DNA of 59,758 nt from Dehalococcoidia bacterium (GTDB taxonomy: Bacteria; Chloroflexota; Dehalococcoidia; Lucifugimonadales; GCA-2717565), in the NCBI GenBank assembly GCA_009692865.1, contig SHYH01000002.1, positions 1 to 59,758 on the forward strand. Reading direction: 5' to 3'. A program made the translations under genes and the position numbers. Positions 58,125 to 59,758 of this stretch are shown piece by piece. Below the pieces are notes generated by a model. It made no database searches. It was given only the letters and a program-made list of their open reading frames with translations, and had not been told where the DNA came from. The number at the start of each line of letters is the position of its first letter. Within the stretch, counting starts at the first letter, position 1.

Positions 58125-59717
58125 ATGGCAGGCGTAGTGCTCTATGACACCACCTTGCGCGACGGCGCACAGCAGGAGGGCATCTCCCTCTCCGTGGAGG
58201 ACAAGCTAAAGGTCGCCCGAAAGGTGGACGAGCTAGGTGTGCAGTACGTCGAAGGCGGGTGGCCCGGCGCCAACCCCAAGGACGACGAGTTCTTCCGCCA
58301 GGCCAGGGGCCTCCGCCTTCACCACGCCACCCTCGTCGCCTTCGGCAGCACCCGTCGCGTCGGCCAGCGGGCCGAGACAGACCCCACCCTTTTGGCCCTC
58401 CTCAGCGCCGAGACCCGCACCATCACGCTGGTGGGCAAGAGTTGGGACCTCCACGTGACCCAGGTACTGGAGACCACCCTGGAGGAGAACCTGGCCATGA
58501 TCGCCGACTCCATCCGCTTCCTCAAGGGGCGGGGGCGGGAGGTATTCTTCGACGCCGAGCACTTCTTCGACGGCTTCCGCGCCAACCCTGCCTACGCCCT
58601 CCAGGCCCTCCGCGCGGCTCAAGAGGCTGGGGCCGACTGCCTGGTCCTGTGCGACACCAACGGCGGCGCCCTGCCCCACCAGGTGGCCGCGGCGGTCTCG
58701 CTGGTGAGGCGGGAGGTGCGCGTTCCCCTGGGTATCCACGCCCACAACGACGCCGACACCGCCGTCGCCACGAGCCTGGCGGCTATCCAGGCAGGCGTCA
58801 CCCAGGTCCAGGGCACCGTGAACGGCTACGGCGAGCGGTGCGGCAACGCCAACCTCCTCTCCATCATCGCCGACCTGCAGCTCAAGATGGACATCCCCTG
58901 CGTCACCCCCGAGCAGTTGGCCTCGCTCACGGAGGTGTCCCGCTACGTGGGCGAGGTGGTGAACATCCCCCCCAACACCGTCCAGCCCTACGTGGGCGTC
59001 AACGCCTTCACCCACAAGGCGGGCCTCCACGCCTCCGCGATGGCCAAGGTGGAGCAAAGCTACCAGCACATCCCGCCCCAACTGGTGGGCAACGCCACCC
59101 AGGTCCTGGTCTCCGAGCTGGCGGGCCGGGGCAACGTGGCCTTCAAGCTGCGGGAGCTGGGGCTGGCCGACCAGGCGACACCGGAGTCGGTGCGCCGCCT
59201 GGTAGAGGTGGTGAAGGAGCGGGAGAGCCTGGGCTTCCAATACGAGGTGGCCGGCGCCTCGTTTGAGCTGCTGGCCCGTCGGTTGATCCCCGGGTATACG
59301 CCCCCCTTCGAGCTGGTGGACTACCTGGTGGTGGTGGAAAAGCGCCGCCGCGCCACGGAGGGCGCCGCGGGCGACGGCGTGCTGGCCGAGGCCACCGTGA
59401 AGGTGCGCCTGGGCACCCGTGTGGCCCACGTGGCGGGCGAGGGCAACGGGCCCGTCAACGCCCTGGACGCAGCCTTGCGCCAGGCCTTAAAGGAGCTCTA
59501 CCCCCAGGTGGAGCGTGTGAAGCTGGTGGACTACAAGGTGCGGGTGGTGAACCCCGACGGGGCCACGGGCGCCGTTGTGCGGGTCCTCATCGAGTGCACC
59601 GACGGGGAGAGCGTGTGGCACACCGTGGGGGCCTCCTCGAACATCATCGAGGCGAGCTGGATGGCCCTGGCCGACAGCCTGGAGTGGTGGTTGGTAAGGA
59701 GGAGTGGTACCATTTAG
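58125..59717 (+). CDS. cimA: citramalate synthase (LeuA-family, CimA type)
   Basis: VVLYDTTLRDGAQQEGISLSVEDKLKVARKVDELGVQYVEGGWPGANPKDDEFF, HAHNDADTAVA, LeuA-dimer C-terminal domain. The ATG follows GCAGGAGG. Confidence 0.88.
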   Translation: MAGVVLYDTTLRDGAQQEGISLSVEDKLKVARKVDELGVQYVEGGWPGANPKDDEFFRQARGLRLHHATLVAFGSTRRVGQRAETDPTLLALLSAETRTITLVGKSWDLHVTQVLETTLEENLAMIADSIRFLKGRGREVFFDAEHFFDGFRANPAYALQALRAAQEAGADCLVLCDTNGGALPHQVAAAVSLVRREVRVPLGIHAHNDADTAVATSLAAIQAGVTQVQGTVNGYGERCGNANLLSIIADLQLKMDIPCVTPEQLASLTEVSRYVGEVVNIPPNTVQPYVGVNAFTHKAGLHASAMAKVEQSYQHIPPQLVGNATQVLVSELAGRGNVAFKLRELGLADQATPESVRRLVEVVKERESLGFQYEVAGASFELLARRLIPGYTPPFELVDYLVVVEKRRRATEGAAGDGVLAEATVKVRLGTRVAHVAGEGNGPVNALDAALRQALKELYPQVERVKLVDYKVRVVNPDGATGAVVRVLIECTDGESVWHTVGASSNIIEASWMALADSLEWWLVRRSGTI

Positions 59718-59758
59718 CAGGTTTCGGGAATAGCTGCGGGAATAGGGGAGTCCAGAGG
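59715..59758 (+). repeat. MITE-like element family A, copy J (left end, cut by the window edge), fused to the cimA stop codon
   Basis: TAGCAGGTTTCGGGAATAGCTGCGGGAATAGGGGAGTCCAGAGG. The first three bases are the cimA TAG. Confidence 0.6.

Overview
High-GC bacterial chromosomal window. Core genes are about 70% GC in the single 60-nt line I counted by hand. It is dominated by intact housekeeping operons.

Main gene content:
- Minus-strand ilvB-ilvN-ilvC-leuA-leuC-leuD-leuB cluster (6.0-15.4 kb).
- A gap / Gfo-Idh-MocA oxidoreductase / eno / TIGR00725 cluster.
- A 2-oxoacid dehydrogenase operon (lpdA, E1alpha, E1beta, E2).
- A cobalamin-riboswitch-controlled btuFCD-like importer.
- A pyrR-pyrB-pyrC-carA-carB operon with a PyrR-type attenuator.
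- A pantothenate operon (dmpA-like peptidase, DUF2520, panD, panB, panC) behind a promoter + leader + terminator.
- Also glmS, plsC-cmk, a PAP2 phosphatase, cvpA, an HNH endonuclease and cimA.

Unusual features:
1. Three small selfish-looking modules sit inside conserved operons. A mazEF-type toxin-antitoxin pair lies between leuC and leuD. A Cas4-like PD-(D/E)XK nuclease lies between E1alpha and E1beta. A second nuclease-fold ORF lies between carA and carB. The two nuclease ORFs are clearly lower in GC and translationally interlocked with their neighbours.
2. At least 11 copies of a ~150-bp MITE-like element (termini TAGCAGG...CCTGCTA) fill intergenic gaps. Six of them abut or supply a gene's stop codon.
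3. A second repeat family, with deletion derivatives, sits in sense orientation in five 5' regions.
4. A decayed pocket at 20.2-25.3 kb holds an ECF sigma, an anti-sigma, a flavodoxin fragment, a GNAT and a methyltransferase, all frameshifted or truncated.
5. There is an orphan FtsZ lacking the C-terminal tail, a tandem-fused type III CoA-transferase and a tandem ThyX.

I saw no rRNA, intact tRNA, CRISPR array, transposase or integrase gene. Taxonomy cannot be fixed without a search; the repeat types and regulatory RNAs are reminiscent of Chloroflexota-like genomes (inference only).
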